Assembly: GCA_041615815.1 (NCBI GenBank) | Contig: JBFJCP010000016.1 | Location: 40,215 to 104,214 of the forward strand | Source: Gemmatimonadales bacterium | Lineage (GTDB): Bacteria; Gemmatimonadota; Gemmatimonadetes; Gemmatimonadales; GWC2-71-9 | DNA: 64,000 bases | Direction of reading: 5' to 3' | Shown: positions 9,128 through 18,854 of the stretch, one piece after another | Layout of the letters: every line of letters starts with the position of its first letter | How positions within the stretch are numbered: the stretch's first letter is position 1 | Notes under the pieces: model-generated | Seen by the model: the letters and a program-made list of their open reading frames with translations, nothing else | Databases searched by the model: none | What the model was told of the DNA's origin: nothing | Program-made: the position numbers and the translations under genes

Positions 9128-9631
9128 ATGGCACAGGCCAAAACACGACCGCATGGGGCCGTCAGAGCGGCGGTCATGGCACTCGGGATCGCGACCTGTT
9201 CCGCAAGCACCTTGTCCGCGCAAAGCCCACCTACGGACCGGAGTCGAGTGTCTGTCGAGGTGGCTGGGAATGGCTTGGTATACTCGGCGAACTTCGAGCA
9301 CACACTGTGGCGCGGACTCGACGTGCGTGTGGGAGCTGGCGGACTTCCGTTTGAGGGGCTGCAGTATGCGTTGGGATTGGCGATGGTGGGATGGCAGGTG
9401 AACCGCGGCAGCCATGGCGTGCGTGTCGCGCTCGGTGCAGGCATCATCCGTTTTGAGGACATATTCTTCTTGGAAGGGCGCCCGAAGACGACTGTGTATG
9501 GGACCGCAGCGTTGGCCTATCGTTTTCAGCCACGCCAGCGTGGGCTGTTTCTGCAGCTCGCCTTCACGCCGGTGTTGGCGGAAGCTACTCTTTCGCCGTG
9601 GCCGGGACTCGCGATCGGCTACGCCTACTAG
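9128..9631 (+). CDS. Secreted / outer-membrane beta-barrel-like hypothetical protein (gene cassette)
   Basis: ATG 8 bp after attC R'; signal peptide; amphipathic strands; C-terminal GLAIGYAY. Confidence 0.75.
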   Translation: MAQAKTRPHGAVRAAVMALGIATCSASTLSAQSPPTDRSRVSVEVAGNGLVYSANFEHTLWRGLDVRVGAGGLPFEGLQYALGLAMVGWQVNRGSHGVRVALGAGIIRFEDIFFLEGRPKTTVYGTAALAYRFQPRQRGLFLQLAFTPVLAEATLSPWPGLAIGYAY

Positions 9632-9662
9632 TCGAGGAACGTGGTCCTTGCGGGGCGCTGCT

Positions 9663-9760
9663 GCCTAACAGGCGCACGAATCTGGCAGGCGTGGCAGGAG
9701 GAATTGGCTGGCCCGCATGGCGAAATAACGAAGGTGCCCGCCGGATCTCTGTGGCCCGAC
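9663..9760 (+). mobile_element. Degenerate attC site
   Basis: GCCTAAC AGGCGCACGAATCTGGCAGGCG left arm; partially complementary GCCCGCCGGATCTCTGTGGC; no GTT R' box. Confidence 0.45.
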
Positions 9761-10077
9761 GCACGCATCTGGATCGAAGACTCTCCCCCACATGTCGCGG
9801 CGGCAGCCGGTTCCGCTGGTGAGGCGCCTCTACCATTGCGGCTTTCATGGCATCGTGGGCATCGCACTCCTGGCGCGATGCCTAACCGCGGCGCATTAGA
9901 CGGCACGTCGAGTTTCGTGTCGGATCTGACATGCCGGAGGGCGCTTCACGCGCGGAGGCGACGAATATCCAGGGATTATCGCTCTGTCGCTTGGGATCGT
10001 ATATGTAAGAGGCGAACCTTCATCGAGGTATGCATCACGCGTAACGTTCTTCTTTGGAATGGCACTTTCACCATGCC

Positions 10078-10113
10078 ACCTAACACGCGCGTGCACCTGC
10101 TAAGCCGTTGGGC
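10078..10113 (+). mobile_element. Internally deleted attC remnant (36 bp)
   Basis: ACCTAAC ACGCGCGTGCACCTGC TAAGCC GTTGGGC: both R boxes and start of left arm present, right arm missing. Confidence 0.55.
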
Positions 10114-10188
10114 AGACAAGAGGGCCGGTGCATCGGGGTTCGACCGGCCCGGTGGATCAGCCTTCGAAGGGCCAGCACGAGGACACTC

Positions 10189-10752
10189 ATGGCACTCGTG
10201 GTTCTTCTGAGGGGAGTCAACGTCGGCGGTCACAAGACCTTCCGACCTACCGTGCTCGCCAAGCAGCTGAAGCACCTGGACGCCGTCAACATCGGTGCGG
10301 CGGGCACCTTCGTCGTTCGGCAGCGAGTCACCCGGGCGCAACTCCGCGCCGAATTGGCGCGCAAGCTTCCCTTTGATACCGAGATCGTGATCTGCCAGGG
10401 CCGGGAGGTTGTCAGGTTGATGTCTCAGAATCCTTTCGCGCAGCGGCCTGTGCGACCTGACATCGTCCGCTTCGTGAGCGTCCTGTCCCGACGCCCGCGC
10501 TCGGAGCCGTCGATGCCTCTGAGCTTTCCTTCCAGCGGCAGGTGGCTGCTGAGACTCCTCGCGAGGGAGGACCGATTCGTCTTTGGCCTCTATCGGCGCC
10601 ACATGAAGGTCATCAGCCATCTCGGCATGGTCGACCGCCTCTTTGGGGTACCGGTCACCACGCGCAACTGGAATACCATTGCCAAAATCGCCAGCGTGCT
10701 GGGTAGTGAAGGGACCTCATCCAGCGGCGAGGAACGCGCTGAGCCAGAGTAG
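10189..10752 (+). CDS. DUF1697 family protein
   Basis: [11 protein letters not shown]-terminus; TTRNWNT C-terminal motif. Confidence 0.9.
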   Translation: MALVVLLRGVNVGGHKTFRPTVLAKQLKHLDAVNIGAAGTFVVRQRVTRAQLRAELARKLPFDTEIVICQGREVVRLMSQNPFAQRPVRPDIVRFVSVLSRRPRSEPSMPLSFPSSGRWLLRLLAREDRFVFGLYRRHMKVISHLGMVDRLFGVPVTTRNWNTIAKIASVLGSEGTSSSGEERAEPE

Positions 10753-10759
10753 CCTCTCG

Positions 10760-11008
10760 AAAAAGGACGCCTTCGTCGAGTACTTCGAACGGATGGCGAT
10801 GGAGTACCCCGGGAAGCGAGTTCGTTTCAAGCGGGCGATCGCTGAGGGGCACCACGTCGTACTACATTGCCACCAAAAGTGGCCGAGCGACAGGGACTGG
10901 GCTGGCATTGACATATTCCGCCTCGATGACAATGGAAAGATCGTTGAGCATTGGGATGTGCTTCAGGTGATTCCGGAAAGGTCGGCAAACGAGAACACGA
11001 TGTTCTGA
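10760..11008 (+). pseudogene. 5'-truncated SnoaL-like / NTF2 family gene
   Basis: [20 protein letters not shown]...[23 protein letters not shown]...NTMF; lacks the N-terminal helix and YIQHNP segment. Confidence 0.7.
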
Positions 11009-11205
11009 TTACAGGACCCTGGCGCATAGCGGAGTCCGTTCATGCGGCGTTCGACCCGCACCGCCTCTCAGCCATCGCGGACGGCATAGCGGGCCCACAT
11101 CGCACCGCTGTACCTTGCAGATGAATGGGGCGTGAAGCTGATTTGCAGAACCGGTAGATAGCAATTCGTCCTTGTTTAATGCGTGTCGCCAATCTGGAGC
11201 CATAC

Positions 11206-11550
11206 ATGTCAGCGCCGATCGTTTTTCTCGACATCGCCGGACCCGACCAAGTGTCACTCCAGACCTTCTATTCGACCCTCTTCGGGTGGGACGCGGGAGG
11301 GGCGGACTTTACGATTCCCGTTGGTACGCCACTCTCCGCCGCGATTCGCGAGGACCCGGCGGAGAAGCGCCTGTACATCGGTGTTGACAACATCACGGCC
11401 AAGCTCAAGGAGGTGCAGGCTCTCGGCGGATCCGTCGATGCACCGCGCTTCGAAGTCCCCGGGGTTGTCATTCTCGGGCTGTTCAAAGACCCGGCAGGCA
11501 ACCCGATGGGCCTGGTCGAGATGGAGGACGGCGCTCCCAAGGTTCCGTAA
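11206..11550 (+). CDS. VOC / glyoxalase family protein
   Basis: PIVFLDIAG...FYSTLFGW...LFKDPAGNPMGL; GGAG RBS. Confidence 0.88.
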   Translation: MSAPIVFLDIAGPDQVSLQTFYSTLFGWDAGGADFTIPVGTPLSAAIREDPAEKRLYIGVDNITAKLKEVQALGGSVDAPRFEVPGVVILGLFKDPAGNPMGLVEMEDGAPKVP

Positions 11551-11623
11551 GAACGACGAAGCAGACGCAGCCCCGCGACTTAATGTGACGTAGAGGCCCT
11601 CGCACTTCTTGGAGATGGATCTG

Positions 11624-12871
11624 ATGCGCGTAGGCGTCGTCGGAGGATCGATCGCAGGCTGCTCAGCAGCGATCGAGCTGAGTCGAGCGGGACACGAGGT
11701 GACGGTGCTGGAGCGTTCGCGAGGCGGCTTGACAGGACGTGGCGCTGGAATCGGGACGCCGATAGAGACGCTGCAGACCCTGGTAGCTCGCGACCTCATC
11801 AGTGAGGCTACGCCGCGGTTTGTGGTTTCAGACCATCCCCTGGTTGGCCGGAAAGATGAGAGCGACCGCTACGGACATCGCGCCCTGACCCTGTCACTGA
11901 ACATGGCCCTCCTCAACTGGGGCGACCTATGGGGCCAACTCAGGGCACGAGTGCCTAGTGCGGCCTATGTCGAGGGACGAACGATCACGGGGGCAAAGCA
12001 GGCAGACCGAGAGGTTGTGGTCTCGGCAGCGGATGGCTGGAGCGAAACGTACGACCTTGTGTTGTTCGCCGATGGGTACCGGTCTATCGGCCGCCGCACG
12101 CTCTTCCCCGACGCCGGGCTGTCGTATAGGGGCTACGTTCTTTGGCGTGGCGTACTAGAAGAGCGCCGGCTCTCCGAGACTTGGCCGCTTGAGACAGCAC
12201 TGTATCGGCTGCACTACAAGGGGCTTGCAGGCAACGCGGTGTTCTATTTCGTGCCCGGAAAAGACGAATCCACGGATGTGGGAGAGCGGTTCGTCAACTG
12301 GGCGTGCTACCTCCCGGTGGCTGCGGAGGCCCTACCCGACCTTCTGGTTGACAAGAACGGACAGCGGCAAGAACACTCCTTGCCACCGGGCTCGATGCGC
12401 ATTGCTGAGGAGGAGCGACTCAAAGAGATGATGAGCCACCACCTCCCGTCCTACTTCAGCGAGATCATCACTGATTCCCACGACACGTTCGTGCAGCCGA
12501 TTTTCTCTGGAACGGTCCCCGCGTACGCCCGTGGACACATGGCTCTTCTGGGAGATGCCGGTGCTGTCGCCCCGCCCTTCACCGGGAGCGGTGTCTTCAA
12601 GGCGATGATGAATGCCGTGGGGCTCGCAATGGCACTTGCCGAACGGAGCTCAGTGGATCACGTACTGGAGTCCTGGAGTGCTGAACAAACCGAGCGGGGA
12701 AAGCGTTTAGCCGCGCTCGGGGCTCAGATGGAGACCGCTTTTGTATGGAAAGCACCCGACTTTTCTCAGATGACGGAATCCGAGGCGCGCGCCTGGTGGA
12801 CGCGGTCAATAGCCTTCCCTGATGAGTTCACCTACGTGACCGAGCGCGAGGGACGCTCGCCGGCCTCCTAA
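11624..12871 (+). CDS. FAD-dependent aromatic monooxygenase (2,6-dihydroxypyridine 3-monooxygenase-like)
   Basis: VGGSIAG, ADG, YRGYVLWRG, LGDAG...PFTGSG; TAA stop lies inside attC R''. Confidence 0.85.
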   Translation: MRVGVVGGSIAGCSAAIELSRAGHEVTVLERSRGGLTGRGAGIGTPIETLQTLVARDLISEATPRFVVSDHPLVGRKDESDRYGHRALTLSLNMALLNWGDLWGQLRARVPSAAYVEGRTITGAKQADREVVVSAADGWSETYDLVLFADGYRSIGRRTLFPDAGLSYRGYVLWRGVLEERRLSETWPLETALYRLHYKGLAGNAVFYFVPGKDESTDVGERFVNWACYLPVAAEALPDLLVDKNGQRQEHSLPPGSMRIAEEERLKEMMSHHLPSYFSEIITDSHDTFVQPIFSGTVPAYARGHMALLGDAGAVAPPFTGSGVFKAMMNAVGLAMALAERSSVDHVLESWSAEQTERGKRLAALGAQMETAFVWKAPDFSQMTESEARAWWTRSIAFPDEFTYVTEREGRSPAS

Positions 12872-13009
12872 CAAGCGGTTGCACTTGAGAGGAGCGCGCG
12901 TTTTCAAACGAAGCGTTGATCTGTAAGTTCCCAACCTGCGGAGTTACGGTTAGCTGACGGCCCGCTCTTACGGCGAGTCGCCTGCAACTGTAGCGCAGAA
13001 CCGCCAGGC
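12866..13009 (+). mobile_element. Integron attC site (144 bp) with mutated R' box
   Basis: TCCTAAC AAGCG... CGAGTCGC...GCGCAGAACC GCCAGGC; same length and family as 8976-9119, GTT changed to GCC. Confidence 0.75.
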
Positions 13010-13049
13010 AGCAGGTCCCCTTCTTTCGCGTACCCCACCGCGGGTCAAA

Positions 13050-13427
13050 ATGAGGAAGCGACAAGTGACTGTTCCTGAACACACCGTGTACTACCTCGAG
13101 ATCGTGACAACCGACCCCCAGGCCGTCTCGGATCTCTACAGCGAGGCGTACGGCTGGCGATTTCAGCCTATGGGACCCGAGTTGGGGCATTCGTTCGTGG
13201 CACCATTACCCGACGGCTCGCGGTGTGGCATTCGCGCCCCGTTGCACGATCAGGAGAGACCGATTGTGCGCAGCTACCTCCGAGTGATTGATATCGAGGG
13301 CGCTGTCCAGCGGGCGGCACAGCTAGGCGCCAAGATCGCTCTGGAGCCTGTAGAAATCCCCGGTCAAGGAAAGATTGCCATCTATCTGTACGGTGGAATC
13401 GAGCAGGGGCTCTGGCAGGTGCCATGA
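13050..13427 (+). CDS. VOC / glyoxalase family protein (gene cassette)
   Basis: VYYLEIVTTD...YGWRF...YLRVIDIEGAV...EIPGQGKIAI. Confidence 0.85.
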   Translation: MRKRQVTVPEHTVYYLEIVTTDPQAVSDLYSEAYGWRFQPMGPELGHSFVAPLPDGSRCGIRAPLHDQERPIVRSYLRVIDIEGAVQRAAQLGAKIALEPVEIPGQGKIAIYLYGGIEQGLWQVP

Positions 13428-13436
13428 ACTTCTGCC

Positions 13437-13501
13437 GCCAAATACGCGGCTGCACTGGCCGGTCCGCTTGGCGGCCCCAGGTGAGGCACGAGACGCTACA
13501 T
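13437..13501 (+). mobile_element. Degenerate short attC site
   Basis: GCCAAAT ACGCGGCTGCACTGG...CCAGGTGAGGCACGAGAC GCTACAT; attC layout with both R boxes decayed. Confidence 0.4.
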
Positions 13502-13634
13502 CATTCCACGATCACACCGAAGCGCCAGTTGATCTAAGATCGAGCTCATGGAATTCCCGGCCGTTTTGGTAACACCGCGCATGGATATCCGGACCTGCCG
13601 ACCGATCTGATACACCCCATGCAACGGCGCGCCG

Positions 13635-15284
13635 TCACCTGTCTTCGAGCATTCGCTCGATCTCGTCATCTCGTCCCGTCAACTCCCAGCGCACGAGCGA
13701 GATCGGGATCACCCCGGCACCGGTAAACTCATCCATGAACCGCTTCAGGGTAAACTCGTCGCCTAGTTGGATGGCCCGCTCGGCCATGAGCTGCTCGATG
13801 AGCACCTTCCCGGTCACGTAGCTGGTACCGTAGCCCGGCTGTTGGAGGTAGAGGTGCTGCTCGCCGATCACGGTGTTGCCGTCGGCGGGGAGCCAGCCAC
13901 GGGGCGTCCATTCAGACGCGAACTCGGACGCCTGTGCCACGGTCCACTCGTTGGCGTGGAGCATGAGGCCGCCGATGGCGCGGGCCGCCCGCTGCGCCAG
14001 CAAGATGTAGATCAGCTCCCGCACGCGAGGGCGCCCCTCGAACAACCCCGCATGCATCATCATCTCTTCCATGCCCGTGGCCAGGCCCTCCGAGCGGGCA
14101 TCGTAGATGTTGGAGAGCGACGGCACGCTCCGGATCGGGCTTGGGTGTGGCTCGGCCACCATCCGCGCCAGCTCGATCCAGTGGTAGCCATGGGTCCGCA
14201 TCGTCATGGCGTCGCGGTAGCTCACTTCCGAAAAGAAACCGCGCAGGCCTTCGGCGGGCGTAAATTGGCCGATCCGCGCCCTGAGCGCGGGAGCCATGTA
14301 GTCTTTCACCGTCACGATCTCCTCGCGCTCCAGGAACGCCACGAACTCATCCACCGCGGCGTTGAAGACCCGATCGTATTCTTCGGCGCTCGCGACGCGG
14401 GACAATTGGGGCAACCGTCGATTGCGATGCTCCTCGAGCCGCAGAGACGCATGCGCCCGCGCGAGCTCGCGATACATGATCGTGAGCTGTTCCTCCCAGC
14501 TATACGGCACCAGGTGGACGTTCCGGAGATACCAGGTGTAGTTGTCCCTCCCCACGCCGGAGGGCCCGGTCTTGGATGGCAGTTGCCGCTCGAGCCATAG
14601 GCGAAACTCGTCCGTGGCGACCCGCGCACGTTCGATCGCGGCATCCAGCTCGGCGCTGGTGCCCGACACCCGATTCGCAAAGGCCTGGAGATCCCCGCTC
14701 TGCCCTGCCATGTTCCGGATGCCGCCCCGCCACAGATCCGCTGCATCCTCGACCAAGTTTTCCCGTGCTTGCTCGAGCACTGCGGGGATGGCTCCGATTC
14801 GCTGGGCCAGCGCCGCCGCATCGCTCGGTGACAGCGGGTAATCGTAGAGCCAGAGATCGATCCAGCCGTGAATGACCGGGCCTTCGTGCGCCGGCACGTC
14901 ACTCTGGTCCTCGAAGATCATCGTGTAGAAGGCGGGATTGCGTGCCCAGGGTCTGCGGAGGCGGTGATCGAAATCGAGACCGTTCATTTCGGCACGCACG
15001 AGGTGATGGTCGATCTGTTGTGCTACCGGCCAGGCGCTCGGATCGATGGCGGCGAGGCGCCGCCGGTACGCCGCGAGCTCGCGGGCCTGTGCGGCCATCC
15101 CATCTCGGGTGTAGTCCGGCACGCCGTCCACGAACTCGGGGCGCTCGAACTCGCGCCATTCTTCGAACAACGCCACGAGGTCGTCGTAGCTCGTGCTTTG
15201 GACCGGCTGGTCGGAGCTGCATCCAACGGCGAGGAGGGCTGCAGTGAGAAGGACGAGGCCTCGAGGGAAGCAAAACGGGAACAT
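13635..15284 (-). CDS. DUF885 family lipoprotein
   Basis: Lipobox LAVGC; SEGLA...EEMM, YLQQPGYGTSYVTGK, FTLKRFMD. Confidence 0.85.
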   Translation of the reverse strand: MFPFCFPRGLVLLTAALLAVGCSSDQPVQSTSYDDLVALFEEWREFERPEFVDGVPDYTRDGMAAQARELAAYRRRLAAIDPSAWPVAQQIDHHLVRAEMNGLDFDHRLRRPWARNPAFYTMIFEDQSDVPAHEGPVIHGWIDLWLYDYPLSPSDAAALAQRIGAIPAVLEQARENLVEDAADLWRGGIRNMAGQSGDLQAFANRVSGTSAELDAAIERARVATDEFRLWLERQLPSKTGPSGVGRDNYTWYLRNVHLVPYSWEEQLTIMYRELARAHASLRLEEHRNRRLPQLSRVASAEEYDRVFNAAVDEFVAFLEREEIVTVKDYMAPALRARIGQFTPAEGLRGFFSEVSYRDAMTMRTHGYHWIELARMVAEPHPSPIRSVPSLSNIYDARSEGLATGMEEMMMHAGLFEGRPRVRELIYILLAQRAARAIGGLMLHANEWTVAQASEFASEWTPRGWLPADGNTVIGEQHLYLQQPGYGTSYVTGKVLIEQLMAERAIQLGDEFTLKRFMDEFTGAGVIPISLVRWELTGRDDEIERMLEDR

Positions 15285-15546
15285 GGCGTGGGACTCCGAG
15301 ATCGAGGGAGGGGGAGGACCTAATCGTCGCATTCATACGCGCCGGCTGTCAAACGGTAACCATGCCTGGGGGTGGTATCTCGCCAGCTCTCCTGGTGGCA
15401 TTTCGAGATGCACTGCTCTGCGTGTTGCATTGCTGCAACTCTTGTCATCATATGTTCGGCTCAACACGTTCGCAAAACACAGAGGCGACACAGCCCTAGG
15501 AATGTCCTCGTCGCGGCTGGACCCACCGAACTCGAGGGAGAGAAAC

Positions 15547-16176
15547 ATGAAGAGAGGAACCGCATGGATCGCCACAGGCCTCGCCGCGGGCCTCGCCATG
15601 GGATGCGCCGAGACGCCAACCGCGCTGGATCAGGACCAAGAGCTCCCCGAGGTCGCGTTTTCCCACAGAGGCCGCGGAGGCTCCTCGATCGACCAATCGC
15701 AGCCCCTCGCGGACGCGGGCGCAACGTTCACGATCGCGGTCGGTGGAAACTCCAATCAGCTCGTGGCCCAGCTCTTCACCTCTGGCGTTACCGGAAAAAT
15801 GCGCGAGCTCGAGGTACCGGTGGCGTGCGCTGACGGCATGCTGGTGGCTGAGATTCGTGATGTCGTTGCGGGGCTGCCTGGGACTATGGTCATTCGGAGC
15901 GAGACATTCGATCCCTCGGACTTGACCACATTCATTCCGGGCGTGGCCACGTTCAGCGTGCTGCCATTCAGGCCGTCGCCCGACCTCGTGGCGGGGACGC
16001 AGTACGCCATGGTGTTCGACAATCCCACCGGATCGTGCGGCATGCTGCCCGGTCCGCTTGGGGATCCGTACGCCGGTGGAGACGGATATGCGTTCGACGA
16101 TGTGAACGGTCAGTGGGTTCCCATCGAACTGGGCACGGGACGTTTTGATATCCCGTTCTACACGTACATGCGGTGA
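15547..16176 (+). CDS. Secreted lipoprotein, beta-sandwich hypothetical
   Basis: GAGGGAG RBS; MKRGTAWIATGLAAGLAMGC lipobox; AQLFTSGVTG, LVAGTQYAMV. Confidence 0.75.
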   Translation: MKRGTAWIATGLAAGLAMGCAETPTALDQDQELPEVAFSHRGRGGSSIDQSQPLADAGATFTIAVGGNSNQLVAQLFTSGVTGKMRELEVPVACADGMLVAEIRDVVAGLPGTMVIRSETFDPSDLTTFIPGVATFSVLPFRPSPDLVAGTQYAMVFDNPTGSCGMLPGPLGDPYAGGDGYAFDDVNGQWVPIELGTGRFDIPFYTYMR

Positions 16177-16387
16177 GGTGTCCGCCACGTAACGGTGTCC
16201 GGCTGTTGGAACCCCCAATTGGCAACTGACGGTAGCGGCCTGGGTGAGTTCAAACGCGAGTGCTGGAGGATCACGATGAACCACCCCATCCCGTGTGCTG
16301 CCGTCCCGGCCATCGCGCGACCCCGTGGCGCGAATGCCGCACGCGATGACCCTGGCTGGCGAGAGCTACCGACGCTGAGACACCCCC

Positions 16388-18682
16388 TCAACCAACGCCG
16401 ACCCGCTCGACGATCCGGTGGAAACGCGAATCCGTTCTCAAGAAATCGAAACCTGGATCGTGCGCCAGCATCAGCAGCCAGAAGTCGCGCTCCGCGAGGG
16501 AGCGCTCGAGCCAGGCAAAGGTGGCGTCCAGATCGCGAAGCCCGTAATGCACAGTGGCGATCGCGAACGGTGGCACGTACTCACCTCTCGCTCTGTCTTG
16601 GAGCTCGGCGAGGACGGCGCGCGCTTCCGACTCCTGTCCGATACGGGCCAACAACCCACCGAGGTTGGCGAGCGGCCAGAAATGGCGGTTCGAGAGCTCG
16701 ACGGCGGTCTGAATCCCCTCGAACGCCTCCTTCACCCGTTTTTGTTGAAGCTGCGCGAGCGCCATCCATCGGTGCGCCTCGCTGTACCCGGGTGACAGCT
16801 CGATGATGGTGCGGCAATGCGCGATGGCCTCGTCGAAGCGGCGGGCGAGGTAGCTGGTGACGGCAAGGTTGCTTTGGGCCCACATCGAGAGTGGGTCGAT
16901 CTCCACGGCGGCCCGGACGCGGCCGATTGCTTGGTCGAACAGGCCGAGCGCCCCGAAATAATAGCCGTAGCACGACTGGGCGATCGGATCGCTCGGTTTG
17001 AGTTCGACCGCCCGGTTTAGCTGCTGCAGGGTGTCCTCTGGATTCCAATCGTACCACAGGCTCACGTTCGCGAGGACGGTGTGGGCCTCGGCGAGCGTTG
17101 GATCGAGCGCCAGCGCCCGGCGGGCCGCGTTCCGCGCCTCCGGTCCGCCCTCCCGAGGTGGGACGGCCGCGTACAGGGTCAGGAGGAAGTGCGCCTCGGC
17201 GACCCCAGCGTGCGCCAGGGCGAACTCGGAGTCTTTCTCGAGCGCGCGACGGTAGTACTCCATCGCCTTCCACATTCCCTCGAGCCGCTGGTTGAGGAAG
17301 TAGCGGCCCTTGAGATACAACTCGTATGCGTCGACGGACGTCGTCGTTCGATGCGGTTTAGTAGTGATCGGATGTAACCAATCGGCGAGCGCGCTCGTGA
17401 GCGCATTGGCAATCGCGGAAGCGATCTCGTCCTGGATCGCGAAGACATCCTGCAGCTCGCGGTCGTATTCATCGGACCAGAGTTGGTAACCGTCCGAGGC
17501 GTTCAGGAGGCGGGCGGCGATCCGCACTCGTCTTCCCACGCGGCGCACGCTCCCTTCCAGAACGGTGTCCACGTTGAGCCGCCGTCCGATCTCCCGCACG
17601 TCGACCTGCTGCCCCTTGAACGCGAACGACGAGGTCCGTGCGGCTACGCGGAGCGAGCGCACCTGGGCCAACCGATTCAGGATCTCCTCCGTCACCCCAT
17701 CCGAGAAGAACTCGCTCCCGGATTCTTCGCTCATGTTTGCGAAGGCGAGGACCGCCACCGATGGTGTCGCGGCAGTCACGACGACCTCTCCCAAACCCGC
17801 CGTCAGGAGCGCCGCCCCGCTCAGGGCGTGCAACACCTCCTCGGCCGATTGGGGTCGGTCATTCGGCTCCTTGGCCAGACAGCGCATCACGAGGTCGGTG
17901 AGCGCAGCAGGGAGGTCCGCGCGCCGCGCCGTGATTGGCGTCGGTTCCTCGACCACCTGGGCCGCCACGACTGCCTGCGCTGATGGGCCGTGGAACGGCG
18001 GCTCCTCGACGAACATCTCGTAGGCCATGCAGCCGAACGAGTACAGATCGGCCCGGTGATCGAGGATCGGATCGCCGGTGACCTGCTCGGGTGCCATATA
18101 GGCCGGGGTGCCGATAGAGAATCCCGGGCTCGTGAGGTCCGTGGCTGTTTCATCGCGGGCGCTGGCAAGTGCTTTCGCGAGTCCAAAATCGGTCACCGTG
18201 GCGCTGTTCCCGGTCAGCAGGACGTTGTGAGGCTTGATGTCGCGGTGGATCACGCCTCGTCCGTGGGCGTACGCAAGGGCGCGCGCCACGTCTCGCAGGA
18301 TCCCCACGGCCACGGCCGCGGGAAGGGCGCCCTGGCGGGCGAGCCGATCCGCCAGCGACTCTCCGTCGACCAGCGGCATCGTGTAGTACGGCAACCCCCC
18401 GGACTCGCCGGCCGCGAATACCGGCACGATCTGCGGGTGTTGGAGACTCGCGGTGATCGTGATCTCCCGACGGAAGCGCTCGATGTTCACACCCTCTCCC
18501 AGCTCTGGAGCCAGGAGTTTGATGGCGATCCGGCGGTCGAGCGCAACGTCCAACGCCACGAAGAGGCGCGACATCCCGCCGCCCCGGAGCTCGCGCTCCA
18601 CGACGAAGCCCTCACCCAGCGACTCCTGAAGGCGCTCCTTGAGCGTGTCGGTCATTCTGTTGGCCTTCGTCTTGTCGACCAT
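16388..18682 (-). CDS. Ser/Thr protein kinase with TolB_N-like and TPR domains
   Basis: GGGMS, AIK, HRDIKPHN, DFG, GTPAYMAPE; SVAVLAFANMS...DGVTEE; TPR repeats. Confidence 0.93.
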   Translation of the reverse strand: MVDKTKANRMTDTLKERLQESLGEGFVVERELRGGGMSRLFVALDVALDRRIAIKLLAPELGEGVNIERFRREITITASLQHPQIVPVFAAGESGGLPYYTMPLVDGESLADRLARQGALPAAVAVGILRDVARALAYAHGRGVIHRDIKPHNVLLTGNSATVTDFGLAKALASARDETATDLTSPGFSIGTPAYMAPEQVTGDPILDHRADLYSFGCMAYEMFVEEPPFHGPSAQAVVAAQVVEEPTPITARRADLPAALTDLVMRCLAKEPNDRPQSAEEVLHALSGAALLTAGLGEVVVTAATPSVAVLAFANMSEESGSEFFSDGVTEEILNRLAQVRSLRVAARTSSFAFKGQQVDVREIGRRLNVDTVLEGSVRRVGRRVRIAARLLNASDGYQLWSDEYDRELQDVFAIQDEIASAIANALTSALADWLHPITTKPHRTTTSVDAYELYLKGRYFLNQRLEGMWKAMEYYRRALEKDSEFALAHAGVAEAHFLLTLYAAVPPREGGPEARNAARRALALDPTLAEAHTVLANVSLWYDWNPEDTLQQLNRAVELKPSDPIAQSCYGYYFGALGLFDQAIGRVRAAVEIDPLSMWAQSNLAVTSYLARRFDEAIAHCRTIIELSPGYSEAHRWMALAQLQQKRVKEAFEGIQTAVELSNRHFWPLANLGGLLARIGQESEARAVLAELQDRARGEYVPPFAIATVHYGLRDLDATFAWLERSLAERDFWLLMLAHDPGFDFLRTDSRFHRIVERVGVG

Positions 18683-18854
18683 TTTTGCGATATATCGGGC
18701 CGTCTCGAAACGTAGGGGCGGCGTGACCGAGCGAAGCGAGGCCAGCCGACACCCGTGATAGTGCTACTCGGTGAGGAGATAGTCGAGAGTGTGAGGCCAA
18801 TCTGAAGGTGCCGGCAGGGTGCGACGACGGGATCGGTTGATCCGAGGGCTGCGC

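Noticed and set aside
8976..13585. CRISPR array interpretation of the repeated elements
   Set aside because: Elements are separated by whole genes and have attC architecture; no regularly spaced direct repeats or cas genes in the window
15424..15439. GTTGCA-N4-TGCAAC palindrome in a divergent intergenic region
   Set aside because: Single short palindrome with no regulator nearby; could be chance
18719..18749. CGGCGTGACCGAGCGAAGCGAGGCCAGCCG hairpin as an attC or REP element
   Set aside because: Has an attC-like apex but no R boxes, and no second copy was seen
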